Assembly (NCBI GenBank): GCA_964440235.1
Contig: CAYTQI010000002.1
Coordinates: 36,686 to 98,173 of the forward strand
DNA length: 61,488 bases
Source: an uncultured Planctomycetia bacterium
GTDB lineage: Bacteria > Omnitrophota > Gorgyraeia > JABMRN01 > RBG-13-46-9
Direction of reading: 5' to 3'
The notes beneath the pieces are model-generated. The model was not told the origin of the DNA, made no database searches, and saw only the letters and a list, made by a program, of their open reading frames with translations. Every line of letters begins with the position of its first letter. The first letter of the stretch is position 1. Shown in pieces: positions 51,514 to 61,146 of the stretch. The position numbers and the translations under genes were made by a program.

Positions 51514-51696
51514 ATGAACGTTGCAACTGGTTGTTTGACTTTTTTAGGTTTTATTCTTTTAATCGCCGGAATCGCATCAAAATTACTGGGCATATCAGTC
51601 ATGGCTCCGTATATCTCGTCTTTTTTAGGATATTTTGTAGGCGCAAATACGTGTTTTTTACTGGCGCTTATCGTCAACAAATTCCAGAAAAGTTAG
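51514..51696 (+). CDS. Small two-TM membrane protein (60 aa)
   Basis: AGGAGG Shine-Dalgarno site; two hydrophobic segments. Confidence 0.75.
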   Translation: MNVATGCLTFLGFILLIAGIASKLLGISVMAPYISSFLGYFVGANTCFLLALIVNKFQKS

Positions 51697-51736
51697 CCCC
51701 GGCTTTTTATAGCGAACAGCAAAGCGGTATGCGTAT

Positions 51737-52459
51737 ATGAAGAAAATGTCTCACGGAAGGGGTGCCCTCACTTTAGCAATTTTTTTTATTTTTCTTACCG
51801 CAGTTTTCTTTTTTTTGAAGGGGAAGATTTCCCTAAAATGTTTTTTCGCGGGGGAGAAAACCGGTATTGAAGCTATCGTGAGGTATTTTCCGTTCTCCAG
51901 GGCGAACTCCCTTAAAGAGTGGGAGGAGAAAATACTAAAAGGAAAGGTCGTTTATGTTATAGAAAAAAACGATAGCCTTTCGTACGTCAGGGCAAAAAGC
52001 GATAAAACCGCATCGGCGTTATATTACAGGATAAAACTGGATGTGAAAAAATGTCCCGTAATAAGCTGGAAATGGCGTGTTAATGAGTTTCCCGGCAGGA
52101 AACTCCCGGAGACGATAGAAGGCAAGAAAGAGGAAGATTTTGCCTCCCGTGTTTATGTGCTTTTTCCGGCCGCGTTTTTTACCAATTCTAAATGCATAGA
52201 ATATGTTTGGGCGGAAAGCCTTTCTGCGGGCACATGCGGAAGGAGCGGGTATTCGAAAAATATAAAAGTTTTGGTGCTTGAAAGCGGAAAACAGGATGGC
52301 TGGCGGTCGGAAGAAAGGGATATAGTGGAAGATTACGTGAAATTGTTCGGAAAAAAACCAAAACTTAATGTCGGCGCCATATCGTTTATGACAGACGCGG
52401 ATTCCACGGGAACTTACGCTGACGCCGCATACGACGAAATAAGGATAGGATACAAATGA
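51737..52459 (+). CDS. DUF3047-family protein
   Basis: ISWKWRV, EDFASRVYVLF, CIEYVWA, W..EERDIVEDY..LFG, FMTDADST. Confidence 0.85.
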   Translation: MKKMSHGRGALTLAIFFIFLTAVFFFLKGKISLKCFFAGEKTGIEAIVRYFPFSRANSLKEWEEKILKGKVVYVIEKNDSLSYVRAKSDKTASALYYRIKLDVKKCPVISWKWRVNEFPGRKLPETIEGKKEEDFASRVYVLFPAAFFTNSKCIEYVWAESLSAGTCGRSGYSKNIKVLVLESGKQDGWRSEERDIVEDYVKLFGKKPKLNVGAISFMTDADSTGTYADAAYDEIRIGYK

Positions 52460-52869
52460 GAATAAGATTTATTACGAAAAATCCCCTGCAGGCCAAATAC
52501 CTTGTTTTGATTCTTATTTCCATACTGCTCCCTTTATTTATTGTGGGGGGATGCCTTTATTACCTGTTATTTCAGATCATGGCGGAGCAACTGGCCATAC
52601 CGGAGTCCATCGCCTGTAACCTGATACCCGTCGCGGAAAAAATAAATTTTCTGCTTCTTATCGGAATACCGCCCGTGGTAATTTTTCTTTTTATCTGGGG
52701 AGCGGTTTTAAGCCATAAAATGATAGGCCCGCTTGAGCGGCTTGAGGATGATTTGAGAAAAATTTCAAACGGTGATTACTCTATGCGGCTTCAGATAAGA
52801 AAAGACGATGATTTACGCCCGATAGCCGACGCAATAAACAAAATTATCGATAAACTGGAACGAAAGTGA
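52456..52869 (+). CDS. Membrane protein with two TM segments and a HAMP domain
   Basis: Two TM helices followed by SHKMIGPLERLEDDLRKISNGDYSMRLQIRKDDDLRPIADAIN. Confidence 0.85.
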   Translation: MRIRFITKNPLQAKYLVLILISILLPLFIVGGCLYYLLFQIMAEQLAIPESIACNLIPVAEKINFLLLIGIPPVVIFLFIWGAVLSHKMIGPLERLEDDLRKISNGDYSMRLQIRKDDDLRPIADAINKIIDKLERK

Positions 52870-53690
52870 AGCAAAATAGGATACACCCTACCGCCATAGT
52901 CAGCCGCCGCGCCGAACTTGACCGAAGTGTTGAAATAGGCCCTTACGCTATTGTTGAAGCCGGCTCAAAGATAGGCAAAAACGTGAAAATTTTTGCCCGG
53001 GCGCATATTACGGGCAATACCGAAATAGGCGAAGGGACCGAGGTTCATATGGGGGCCGTTCTAGGGCATGTTCCGCAGGACTTTGCGTTTAAAAACGAAA
53101 CGACTTATCTTCGAATCGGTAAAAAAAACATTATACGGGAGTATGTCACAATCCACAGGGGAACCAAAGAGGGCTCGGCCACCGAAATAGGAAATGAAAA
53201 TTTTCTCATGGCTTTCTCACACGTGGGGCATAACTGCGTTCTGGGGGATAAGGTTATCCTGGCTAACGGCGCTCTTCTCGGCGGCCATATTAATGTGGAA
53301 TCCCAGGTATTCATATCCGGAAACGTTGTGGTGCACCAATTCTGCAGAATCGGGCGTCTTGCCATTATAGGGGGTTTTTCCGGGGTAAACAAAGATGTGC
53401 CTCCCTTCATGGCGGTAAGGGGCCCGTCGGTGGTCTGGTCGGTAAATCTCGTCGGACTGAGAAGGGCCGGCTTTAAGCGCGGCGCCATAAGCGAAATAAA
53501 GGAAGCGTTCAGGCTGATTTATAAATCCGGCTTAAATACAAAACAGGCGATTGGGGAAATAGAAAAGAAAAAACCCGGCGAGGAAGTAAGGTATCTCGCG
53601 GAATTTATAAAAAAATCCGGGCGCGGCATATGTAAATACAGGTGGGCGTCCGAAGATAAAGATTTTTTTGAACATAAAAAAGGAGGATGA
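52866..53690 (+). CDS. lpxA: UDP-N-acetylglucosamine O-acyltransferase
   Basis: Hexapeptide repeats, IREYVTIHRGT, AFSHVGHNC, VHQFCRIG, KDVPPF, NLVGLRRAGF. Confidence 0.95.
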   Translation: MKQNRIHPTAIVSRRAELDRSVEIGPYAIVEAGSKIGKNVKIFARAHITGNTEIGEGTEVHMGAVLGHVPQDFAFKNETTYLRIGKKNIIREYVTIHRGTKEGSATEIGNENFLMAFSHVGHNCVLGDKVILANGALLGGHINVESQVFISGNVVVHQFCRIGRLAIIGGFSGVNKDVPPFMAVRGPSVVWSVNLVGLRRAGFKRGAISEIKEAFRLIYKSGLNTKQAIGEIEKKKPGEEVRYLAEFIKKSGRGICKYRWASEDKDFFEHKKGG

Positions 53691-53691
53691 G

Positions 53692-54039
53692 ATGGCGGTA
53701 AAGAAAAAAGATATCCAGAAGGATTTGTCGAAGTTTCTTGACCAGACCAAGGATGGTTTCAGGAGATTGGGAAAGGATCTGGGCGTTTTAGCCAAAAAAA
53801 GCGAAAAAGAAATTATCAAGGTTTCAAAAGCGGGAAAAATTCAATTTGATATTATGAACCTGGCTATGCAGAAAGAAAAGCTGTACTATGAAATAGGCAA
53901 AAAAGTCGCCGCCTTAAAACTGAAAAAAAAGCTCGACATCCCGGAATTGAGTTCATACTGGATGAGGCTGCGTAAAATCGCGTCGGGCACTAAAACAAAA
54001 AAAAGAGAACTCTCGGATTTTAGAAAAAAGAATAAATAA
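53692..54039 (+). CDS. Hypothetical basic helical protein
   Basis: AGGAGG Shine-Dalgarno site before ATG 53692; ORF fills the gap between lpxA and the M48 gene. Confidence 0.75.
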   Translation: MAVKKKDIQKDLSKFLDQTKDGFRRLGKDLGVLAKKSEKEIIKVSKAGKIQFDIMNLAMQKEKLYYEIGKKVAALKLKKKLDIPELSSYWMRLRKIASGTKTKKRELSDFRKKNK

Positions 54040-54043
54040 ACGC

Positions 54044-55150
54044 ATGCCAAGAAACCCCGAAGAAGCCGGCCGGTATAACAGGGCAAAGGTACGTTTGACG
54101 CTGTCCGGTATAATTTATACGCTTTTGTACCTTGTGTTTTTTCAAATCTTTCTCGCCCACCATTTAAAAACACTGGCATTTGCGCTTAACGCGAATTTTT
54201 ACTGCGCCCTGGCGGTATTTCTCGCCGTATTCGGGATTCTCTACTATGTTTTTGAACTGCCGTTGCGTTTTTATTCGGGGTTTATTTTGGAACACAAATT
54301 TCGCCTTTCCAACATGAGGATTTTAGCCTGGTTTAGCGATGATATTAAAAAAGGTGTTTTGTCGCTCGCTATGTTTGTCGTGTTTATGCAGGCATTATAC
54401 TTTTTCCTGAGAAATTTTGCCGCGTCCTGGTGGGTTTGGATAGCGGCATTTTACTTGCTTGCCACGGTTGTGCTTGCCAGGATAACCCCGCTTGTCGTAA
54501 TACCCTTGTTTTTTAAATATCATCCGGTGGGCGATGATCTCAAGAATAATATAATAAAACTATCCGAAAAATGCGGCATAAAGGTCCTGGATGTATACAA
54601 GATAGATTTTAGCCGAAAAACCAGCAAACTTAACGCCGCGGTAGTGGGCATGGGGCGGACGCGAAGGGTGCTTCTGGCCGATAACCTTGTTGAGAGTTTT
54701 ACCTATGATGAAATAGCCGGGGTTCTCGCGCATGAATTCGGCCATCACAAAATGTTTCACATATGGAAACTGCTCGCGTTTGGTACGCTTTCCACATTTT
54801 TTTCTTTCTTCGTGTTGTATCTGGTTTCCGCTCCGGTCGCGGCCTCACTCGGCGCGGAACGCGTTTACGACATAAGTATATTTCCGGCGTTCATGCTGAT
54901 TCTTTTTCTTGCAACGTTTGCGCTTGGCCCGCTTCAAAACGCGTTTTCCCGGCGTCTTGAGCGAAACGCCGACCTTTTCGCGCTGAAGGCGATAAAAAAC
55001 CGCGATATTTTCATATCGCTTATGCGTAAGCTCGCCGAACGGAACCTTTCAGACCCGAACCCTCCGGCATTCGTGAAATTTCTTTTTTATGACCATCCCC
55101 CGATCTCCGAGCGGATTAAAATGGCGGAAAAATTCGGCCGGAACTTTTAG
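54044..55150 (+). CDS. M48-family (Ste24/HtpX-like) zinc metallopeptidase
   Basis: Multiple TM segments, NAAVVG, LAHEFGHH (HExxH), ERNADLFA, DHPPISERI. Confidence 0.92.
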   Translation: MPRNPEEAGRYNRAKVRLTLSGIIYTLLYLVFFQIFLAHHLKTLAFALNANFYCALAVFLAVFGILYYVFELPLRFYSGFILEHKFRLSNMRILAWFSDDIKKGVLSLAMFVVFMQALYFFLRNFAASWWVWIAAFYLLATVVLARITPLVVIPLFFKYHPVGDDLKNNIIKLSEKCGIKVLDVYKIDFSRKTSKLNAAVVGMGRTRRVLLADNLVESFTYDEIAGVLAHEFGHHKMFHIWKLLAFGTLSTFFSFFVLYLVSAPVAASLGAERVYDISIFPAFMLILFLATFALGPLQNAFSRRLERNADLFALKAIKNRDIFISLMRKLAERNLSDPNPPAFVKFLFYDHPPISERIKMAEKFGRNF

Positions 55151-55173
55151 GCGGGGAAGTACGCCTTTTATGC

Positions 55174-55202
55174 TTGACAAGTTTGCGGTGACGGGGTAAA
55201 AT
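55174..55202 (+). promoter_or_regulatory. Sigma70 promoter of the riboflavin operon
   Basis: TTGACA (55174-55179), 17 nt spacer, TAAAAT (55197-55202), directly before the riboswitch. Confidence 0.8.
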
Positions 55203-55206
55203 ATTC

Positions 55207-55333
55207 TTAATCTTCGGGGCGAGGTGAAATACCTCGGCCGGTAGTGAAAGCCTACGAGCCCTGAACCTGCGCGGTTCGGGGCAGATCCGGTGAAATTCCG
55301 GGGCCGACCGTATAGTCGGGATGAGAGAAGAGA
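55207..55333 (+). ncRNA. FMN riboswitch (RFN element)
   Basis: ATCTTCGGGGCGAGGTGAAATACCTC..CCGG..GAAAGCC.ACG...GATCCGGTGAAATTCCGG..CCGAC.GTATAGTCGGGATGAGAGAAGA, upstream of ribBA. Confidence 0.95.
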
Positions 55334-55368
55334 CCGCTCGGATTTAAGCGAGTTATATGAATCGAATA

Positions 55369-55395
55369 AGCCCCGAAGAAATTCGGGGTTTTTTT
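55369..55395 (+). terminator. Riboswitch-controlled intrinsic terminator
   Basis: AGCCCCGAA-gaaa-TTCGGGGTT followed by T5, ending at the ribBA ATG. Confidence 0.85.
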
Positions 55396-56595
55396 ATGAA
55401 ATTTAACAGTATAAACGAAGTCAGCGAAGATTTAAAAAAAGGCAGGATCGTCGTTGTTATTGACGACGCTTCGCGCGAGAACGAGGGTGACCTTATTATG
55501 GCCGCTTCCAGAGTAACGGCGCCCGCGATAAATTTTATGGCCAAGTTCGGCAGGGGGCTTATATGTGTTCCGATGGAGAGAGGCGGCCTCGAGAGGATAA
55601 ACCTGAGCCCTATGGCAAGTGAATTAAAAGACCCGTACCGGACAGCATGGGCCATTTCAGTGGATGCCGCGAGGGGAATTACAACCGGCATATCGGCGCA
55701 CGACAGGGCCCATACCATCAAACTTCTTTCCGGAAAACGCTCCCGGCCGGACGATTTTATAAAGCCGGGGCACGTATTTCCGCTTTGCGCGAAGGAAGGC
55801 GGGGTCCTTGTAAGGGCCGGGCATACGGAAGCGTGTATTGATCTACTGAAGATGGCGGGGCTTCCGGCAGTAGGGGTTATATGCGAGATCATGAACGAAG
55901 ACGGGACAATGGCGAGGGCGCCTGAACTTTTGGATTTTGCCGGGAGGCACGGCCTGAAGATTTGCACAATAGAGAAATTAATTCACCACAGGCGTAAATA
56001 TGAAAAATTAGTGGAGAGAATTTCCGAAGCGGCCCTGCCTTCGAAATACGGAAAATTCAGGGCTTTTACCTATAGGTCAAAGATTACCGGAGATTGCCAT
56101 ATTGCCCTTGTAAAGGGGAATGTGGGGAAGGGGGCCCCTTTCGTAAGGGTTCATTCACAGTGTTTAACCGGTGATGTATTTCGCTCCTCAAGGTGTGACT
56201 GCGGGACGCAGCTTGAGAAAGGGTTAAACATAATCTCAAAGGCGGGAAAGGGTGTTTTGCTTTATCTGAGGCAGGAGGGAAGAGGCATAGGACTCGGCAA
56301 TAAAATGAAGGCCTATGAACTTCAGGATCATGGACTTGACACAGTCGAGGCAAACGAATATCTGGGATTCAAGCCGGATCTTCGCGACTACGGCATAGGC
56401 GCGCAGATCCTGGCCGACCTGGGGCTTAAAAAAATAAAGCTGCTTACAAATAACCCTCAAAAGATCGTGGGACTTGACGGGTACGGGTTGAAGATACTGG
56501 AGAGGATACCATTAGAGGTGAAACCTAACGGCGCGAACAGGAAATATTTAAAAACGAAAAAGGATAAATTAGGGCACGTTTTAAGGCACGCGTAA
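55396..56595 (+). CDS. ribBA: Bifunctional DHBP synthase / GTP cyclohydrolase II
   Basis: DDASRENEGDL, RAGHTEA, VRVHSQCLTGDVF, RCDCG, QEGRGIGL, LLTNNPQK. Confidence 0.97.
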   Translation: MKFNSINEVSEDLKKGRIVVVIDDASRENEGDLIMAASRVTAPAINFMAKFGRGLICVPMERGGLERINLSPMASELKDPYRTAWAISVDAARGITTGISAHDRAHTIKLLSGKRSRPDDFIKPGHVFPLCAKEGGVLVRAGHTEACIDLLKMAGLPAVGVICEIMNEDGTMARAPELLDFAGRHGLKICTIEKLIHHRRKYEKLVERISEAALPSKYGKFRAFTYRSKITGDCHIALVKGNVGKGAPFVRVHSQCLTGDVFRSSRCDCGTQLEKGLNIISKAGKGVLLYLRQEGRGIGLGNKMKAYELQDHGLDTVEANEYLGFKPDLRDYGIGAQILADLGLKKIKLLTNNPQKIVGLDGYGLKILERIPLEVKPNGANRKYLKTKKDKLGHVLRHA

Positions 56596-56610
56596 AAATG
56601 GAGGCAAGGC

Positions 56611-57075
56611 ATGAAAATAGTTAAGGGCGATTTGATCGCGAAGGGGTTAAAATTCGGTATTGTTATCTCGAGATTTAACGAGTTTATATCGGCAAAGCTT
56701 CTTGACGGCGCCGGAGACGCGCTTGTCCGGCACGGCGCGGACGAGAAAGATATTCTGGCCCTCTGGGTACCGGGCTCGTTTGAAATTCCGGCCGCTGTTT
56801 CACGGCTTGCCGGGTCAAAGAAATACGACGCCATAATCGCGCTCGGCGCGGTTATCAGAGGCGAAACGCCCCACTTCAATTACATAGCCGCCGAAGCGGC
56901 CAAGGGCGTGGCGCACGTCGCCATGTCAAGTAATACTCCGTGTATATTTGGCATTATTACCGCGGACACGCTTGAACAGGCGATAGAACGCGCGGGAACG
57001 AAAAGCGGAAACAAGGGGAGGGACGCCGCGCTTTCGGCTATAGAGATGGCGAATCTCTATAAAAAAGTCAAATAA
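56611..57075 (+). CDS. ribH: 6,7-dimethyl-8-ribityllumazine synthase
   Basis: [40 protein letters not shown]. Confidence 0.98.
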   Translation: MKIVKGDLIAKGLKFGIVISRFNEFISAKLLDGAGDALVRHGADEKDILALWVPGSFEIPAAVSRLAGSKKYDAIIALGAVIRGETPHFNYIAAEAAKGVAHVAMSSNTPCIFGIITADTLEQAIERAGTKSGNKGRDAALSAIEMANLYKKVK

Positions 57076-57076
57076 A

Positions 57077-57496
57077 ATGCGTAACAGGACAAAAGCGCGC
57101 GAATGCGCCTTAAAAATACTGTATTCCGTTGACGTGAGGAAGGATCCTCCGCTTGAGTGTTCCGGGATTTTCTGGGAGAGCCATCAGTTCATAAAAGGCG
57201 AAATAAGGAAATTTTCCGAGCTTTTAGTAGAAGGCGTATTTAATAACAAGGATTTTATTGATTCAACAATTTCTAAATATGCCACGAACTGGCAGATAAA
57301 GAGAATGCCGATAATTGACAGAAACATACTAAGGATAGCCACTTTCGAAATTTTGCTTTCGTCTGATATACCGCCGAAAGTTTCTATAAACGAAGCTATC
57401 GAGATGGCAAAAAGGTACGGCGATAAGGATTCGGGTAAATTCGTGAACGGCGTTCTTGATAAGATAAACAAATCCGAAAAAAAGGCCGTATCGTGA
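57077..57496 (+). CDS. nusB: Transcription antitermination factor NusB
   Basis: RTKARECALKILY, IDRNILR, VSINEAIEMAKRYG, KFVNGVLD. Confidence 0.97.
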   Translation: MRNRTKARECALKILYSVDVRKDPPLECSGIFWESHQFIKGEIRKFSELLVEGVFNNKDFIDSTISKYATNWQIKRMPIIDRNILRIATFEILLSSDIPPKVSINEAIEMAKRYGDKDSGKFVNGVLDKINKSEKKAVS

Positions 57497-58350
57497 ACCC
57501 GTTTGATTTGACCCGGAATCGATACGCGGACCTGCATGTTCACACCAATTTTTCCGACGGTACCTTTTCGCCCGAAAAAGTTGTGGATACCGCCGTGGAA
57601 AAAGGGCTTTCCGCTATCGCTATCAGCGACCACGATTGTGTTGACGCCATAGGGCCCGCGATAAAACACGCCCGGAAAATTTCCTTGGAAATCATACCGG
57701 CAACCGAGCTTACCGTAATAAAAGACGGAAAAGAAATCCACGTGCTCGCGTATTTTATTTCATGGAAAGAAAAGCGGTTTCGTGATGTGCTTAAAGGAAT
57801 ACAGGAAGGGCGTCTCCGCCGGCTTGATAAAATGCTGGAGAAGCTGAAAAAGTTCGGAATAAATCTGAAAAAGTCCAGGGTCATTGAGATAGCGTTCAGC
57901 AAAGGCTCTGTCGGCAGGCTGCATCTGGCAAAGGCCCTTCTGGAGGCGAAAGCGGTTTCGTCGATCCAGGAGGCCTTCAATAAATACATAGGCGATTTCA
58001 AACCTTGTTATGTGGAAGAAGTTGGTTTCCGGGCGGAGGAAGTGATTGAGGTTATATCGCGCGCGGGCGGGGTACCGGTTCTCGCGCACCCTAAAACCAT
58101 CGGCGATGATTCACTGGTCAGTGAATTTATAAAATTAGGCGTACGCGGAATAGAGGCTTATCATACGGACCAATCATACACACAAAGCAAAAAATACGAA
58201 AAAATGGCGAAAGATCACGGCCTCATTGTTACGGGCGGTTCCGATTGTCACGGTATGGGCAAAGGCAGAGTGCTTCTCGGCGGCGTGAAGGTACCCTACA
58301 GTGTCGTGGAACAGCTTAAACAGGAAGCGGAAAAAATAAGGCCAATTTAA
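57493..58350 (+). CDS. PHP-domain protein (TrpH/YciV-like phosphoesterase)
   Basis: DLHVHTNFSDG, AISDHD, EIHVLAY, VGRLHLA, VLAHP, TGGSDCHG. Confidence 0.9.
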   Translation: MNPFDLTRNRYADLHVHTNFSDGTFSPEKVVDTAVEKGLSAIAISDHDCVDAIGPAIKHARKISLEIIPATELTVIKDGKEIHVLAYFISWKEKRFRDVLKGIQEGRLRRLDKMLEKLKKFGINLKKSRVIEIAFSKGSVGRLHLAKALLEAKAVSSIQEAFNKYIGDFKPCYVEEVGFRAEEVIEVISRAGGVPVLAHPKTIGDDSLVSEFIKLGVRGIEAYHTDQSYTQSKKYEKMAKDHGLIVTGGSDCHGMGKGRVLLGGVKVPYSVVEQLKQEAEKIRPI

Positions 58351-58407
58351 AACCTTAAAACCTGTTATTACATGCGGTTTCTGTTTTGGCCGGACGGAAT
58401 ACGGGAA

Positions 58408-58860
58408 ATGAGTAGCGACGAAAAAAAATTCATGACGCGCGCGATCCAGCTTGCTAAAAAAGCTGAAGGAAAGACATACCCGAATCCGCTTGTCGGGGCG
58501 CTGGTTGTGAAGGATGGAAAAATCATAAGCGAAGGGTATCACAAAAAAGCGGGCGGGCCCCACGCTGAAGTCGTCGCGTTAAGGAAAGCGGGGAGAAAAG
58601 CCGCCCGCGCCGATTTATACGTTAATCTTGAACCGTGCGCTCACTACGGAAAAACTCCGCCTTGCGTGGACAGTATCATGAAAAGCGGAGTGAGAAAAGT
58701 ATATACGGCCATGAAGGACCCCAACCCCCTGGTAAACGGTAAAGGGTTGAAGATGTTGAGAAAAAACGGCGTTGAAATAAAAATAGGAATATGCCGGAAG
58801 GAAGCCCGGGAATTGAATAAAAATTACATTTCCGCCTTCCGCCGAAGGAAAAACGCGTAA
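58408..58860 (+). CDS. ribD: RibD deaminase domain only (no reductase domain)
   Basis: TYPNPLVGA, HAE, NLEPCAHYGKTPPC, DPNPLV. Stops after ~150 aa, abutting the ribE ATG. Confidence 0.9.
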   Translation: MSSDEKKFMTRAIQLAKKAEGKTYPNPLVGALVVKDGKIISEGYHKKAGGPHAEVVALRKAGRKAARADLYVNLEPCAHYGKTPPCVDSIMKSGVRKVYTAMKDPNPLVNGKGLKMLRKNGVEIKIGICRKEARELNKNYISAFRRRKNA

Positions 58861-59502
58861 ATGTTTACGGGTATAATTGAGCAAACAGCCGTTATAAAAA
58901 GCATTGCCGGCCGAGGCGGCGCGCGCAGGCTGGGTGTTTACTTTGCGAAAAACCCGGAGGCGGTAAAAATCGGGGATAGCATATCGATAAACGGCGTATG
59001 CCTTACGATAACAGGAGTGGAAAAAAAATACCTCTCGTTTGATATTACCGAAGAGACCTTTAAGAATACCACTTTCAGGCGTGCGAAAATAAATGATGTT
59101 GTTAATGTTGAGAGGTCACGCGCGTGGAATGACCGCGTAGAGGGGCATTTTGTCCTGGGACATGTTGACGGCTCGCGAAAAATAAAATCCATGATAATGG
59201 GGCATAGCCCTTACATGGACCTGGCGATTCTGCCGGCAGACAGGCTTTATCTGGCAAAAAAGGGTTCTATTGCCGTAGACGGGATAAGTTTAACGGTGGG
59301 GTCGATTGACGAAAGCGCCGTTCGCGTATTCCTGATCCCGCTGACGATCCGCGCCACAAATTTAAAATATAAAAAAACAGGTGACGAAGTAAATATAGAG
59401 TTTGATATACTGGCGAAATACACGCATAACCGCCTGTTGTACGGGAAAAATTCCGCCGGCGCGGTTACGGAAAGCGTTCTTAAAAATAACGGATTTATTT
59501 GA
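58861..59502 (+). CDS. ribE: Riboflavin synthase (alpha chain)
   Basis: MFTGIIE, GDSISINGVCLT, VNVERS, GHFVLGHVDG, IAVDGISLTV, VNIEFD. Confidence 0.97.
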   Translation: MFTGIIEQTAVIKSIAGRGGARRLGVYFAKNPEAVKIGDSISINGVCLTITGVEKKYLSFDITEETFKNTTFRRAKINDVVNVERSRAWNDRVEGHFVLGHVDGSRKIKSMIMGHSPYMDLAILPADRLYLAKKGSIAVDGISLTVGSIDESAVRVFLIPLTIRATNLKYKKTGDEVNIEFDILAKYTHNRLLYGKNSAGAVTESVLKNNGFI

Positions 59503-59551
59503 TTATGTACCAAATATATGGTATATTTATCATAAACGAAGGAGGGAAAGC

Positions 59552-59878
59552 ATGAGGAAACTCGTTTTACTTATACTTATCGCAGTTTTTCTTTTTGCGT
59601 CGGGCGTATATGCCGACACGCCGCTGAAGAAGCTTGGCAGAGGGGTTTCAAATATAATTACGTGTCCTCTTGAGATACTTTACCGTATAGGAAGGGCGAA
59701 CGATGAAAGCGGGCCTTTTGCCGCTTACACATGGGGCGTGTTAGACGGTGTTTTTCGGACGGTCACGAGAATGATTGTCGGCGGATATGAAGTGATTACG
59801 TTTCCGCTGCCTGTTCCCTCGGATTACAGGGCGGTCATTGATGACCCCGAATTCTTCCTGGAAGAGGGTTTATACTGA
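59552..59878 (+). CDS. Secreted/membrane protein, TIGR04073 (exosortase-associated)-like
   Basis: GGAGG Shine-Dalgarno site, signal peptide, KKLGRGVSNIITCPLEI...GGYEVITFPLP. Confidence 0.75.
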   Translation: MRKLVLLILIAVFLFASGVYADTPLKKLGRGVSNIITCPLEILYRIGRANDESGPFAAYTWGVLDGVFRTVTRMIVGGYEVITFPLPVPSDYRAVIDDPEFFLEEGLY

Positions 59879-59880
59879 TC

Positions 59881-61146
59881 ATGCCCTCGTTAAAACAAGG
59901 AAAAACTTTTTACCGCTGCCTGGCCGCGTTGGCCTTGTTCTTGATATTACTGTATTCTTCGGCATACGCCGGAAACGGCATTAAGCTTATCGGCTACGGG
60001 CCGGTTCAACGGGCTATGGGCGGGGCAAGTGTCGGACTCCCGTTGGACGCCAATACCGTTATAACGAATCCCGCAGGCATGCAGGATGTCGGAAAACGCG
60101 TGGACCTTGGTGTTTCCTTAATCACGGTTTCCGCCAGATATAACGCTACCAGCAATTTTGTTCTTCCGCAGATTCTCGAAAACGGCGCTACCCTCGTATC
60201 CGATACGGACCCGATACTCATACCGGCAGTGGGCGTTACTTTCCCCGTAAACAAAAATATCGCGTTTGGAATCGGCCTTCACGGAACCTCGGGTGTGGAG
60301 ACCAAATATAGGCGAAATCTGTATCGCAACATAACGTATGCCGAATACAAATGCATGCAGATAACCCCGGTGGCTTCATATTCATTCAAAGACATATTTT
60401 CGCTGGGCGCCGGCGCCTGTATAAATTATGCCACGTTGGATTTTGAGGCAGCCGGTGTCGCCGAACGCGCGCATCGTAACGGAAGCGCCTGGGGTGGCGG
60501 GTATATTCTCAGCATGCTGGTAAAACCATCCAACGGCCTGGATGTGAGGGTACCGAAAGATTTTATATCACTTGGCCTTGCTTATCAGAGTGAACAGGCC
60601 TTTGCCCCGTTCCACTACGATACCTGTTACGGCAGGGATAAACTGCAACTTAACCAGCCCCGAACGTTGACATTCGGTTTTGGCTTAAAACCCGATAAAA
60701 AGTTTCGCATGGCTTTTGACATAGAGTGGATTAACTGGAACCACGTTCTCGGAAAGAATCAGCCGGAATACAGGGAAAATCGTAACAACGCGGCGGCCTG
60801 GAACGTAAACTGGAATAATCAGGCGGTGTATAAACTTGGCGCGGAATACGATATTCTTGAGAAAATGGTTGTCGAAAAGTTGACAGTCCGCGCGGGATAT
60901 AACTACGGAAAACATCCATTGAAAAAAGACAGGCCGTTTGAAGGCATCGCTCTTCCGGCTGTAACCGAGCATCACATTACCTGCGGCCTGGGCGCTGACC
61001 TGATAGAAAATCTTTCACTTAGCGTCGCCTTCATGTACGCGCCCAAGATAAGCCATCATATGTTTAATAACGGTAATTTTCTGGAAGACGCCAACATAAC
61101 AACATACGCCTGGTCCCTTGACACAGGCCTCTCTTTTAAATTCTGA
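59881..61146 (+). CDS. FadL/OmpP1-family outer-membrane transporter
   Basis: Signal peptide, RAMGGA...NPAGM hatch motif, beta strands, YKLGAEY, TVRAGYNY, C-terminal Phe. Confidence 0.88.
   Translation: MPSLKQGKTFYRCLAALALFLILLYSSAYAGNGIKLIGYGPVQRAMGGASVGLPLDANTVITNPAGMQDVGKRVDLGVSLITVSARYNATSNFVLPQILENGATLVSDTDPILIPAVGVTFPVNKNIAFGIGLHGTSGVETKYRRNLYRNITYAEYKCMQITPVASYSFKDIFSLGAGACINYATLDFEAAGVAERAHRNGSAWGGGYILSMLVKPSNGLDVRVPKDFISLGLAYQSEQAFAPFHYDTCYGRDKLQLNQPRTLTFGFGLKPDKKFRMAFDIEWINWNHVLGKNQPEYRENRNNAAAWNVNWNNQAVYKLGAEYDILEKMVVEKLTVRAGYNYGKHPLKKDRPFEGIALPAVTEHHITCGLGADLIENLSLSVAFMYAPKISHHMFNNGNFLEDANITTYAWSLDTGLSFKF

Noticed and set aside
55357-55395. 13-aa extension of RibBA
   Set aside because: It overlaps the riboswitch terminator; RibB homology begins at the ATG at 55396.
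58830-58865. Frameshift or readthrough restoring a full RibD
   Set aside because: ribE begins immediately after the stop codon, so no reductase-coding sequence is present in any frame.
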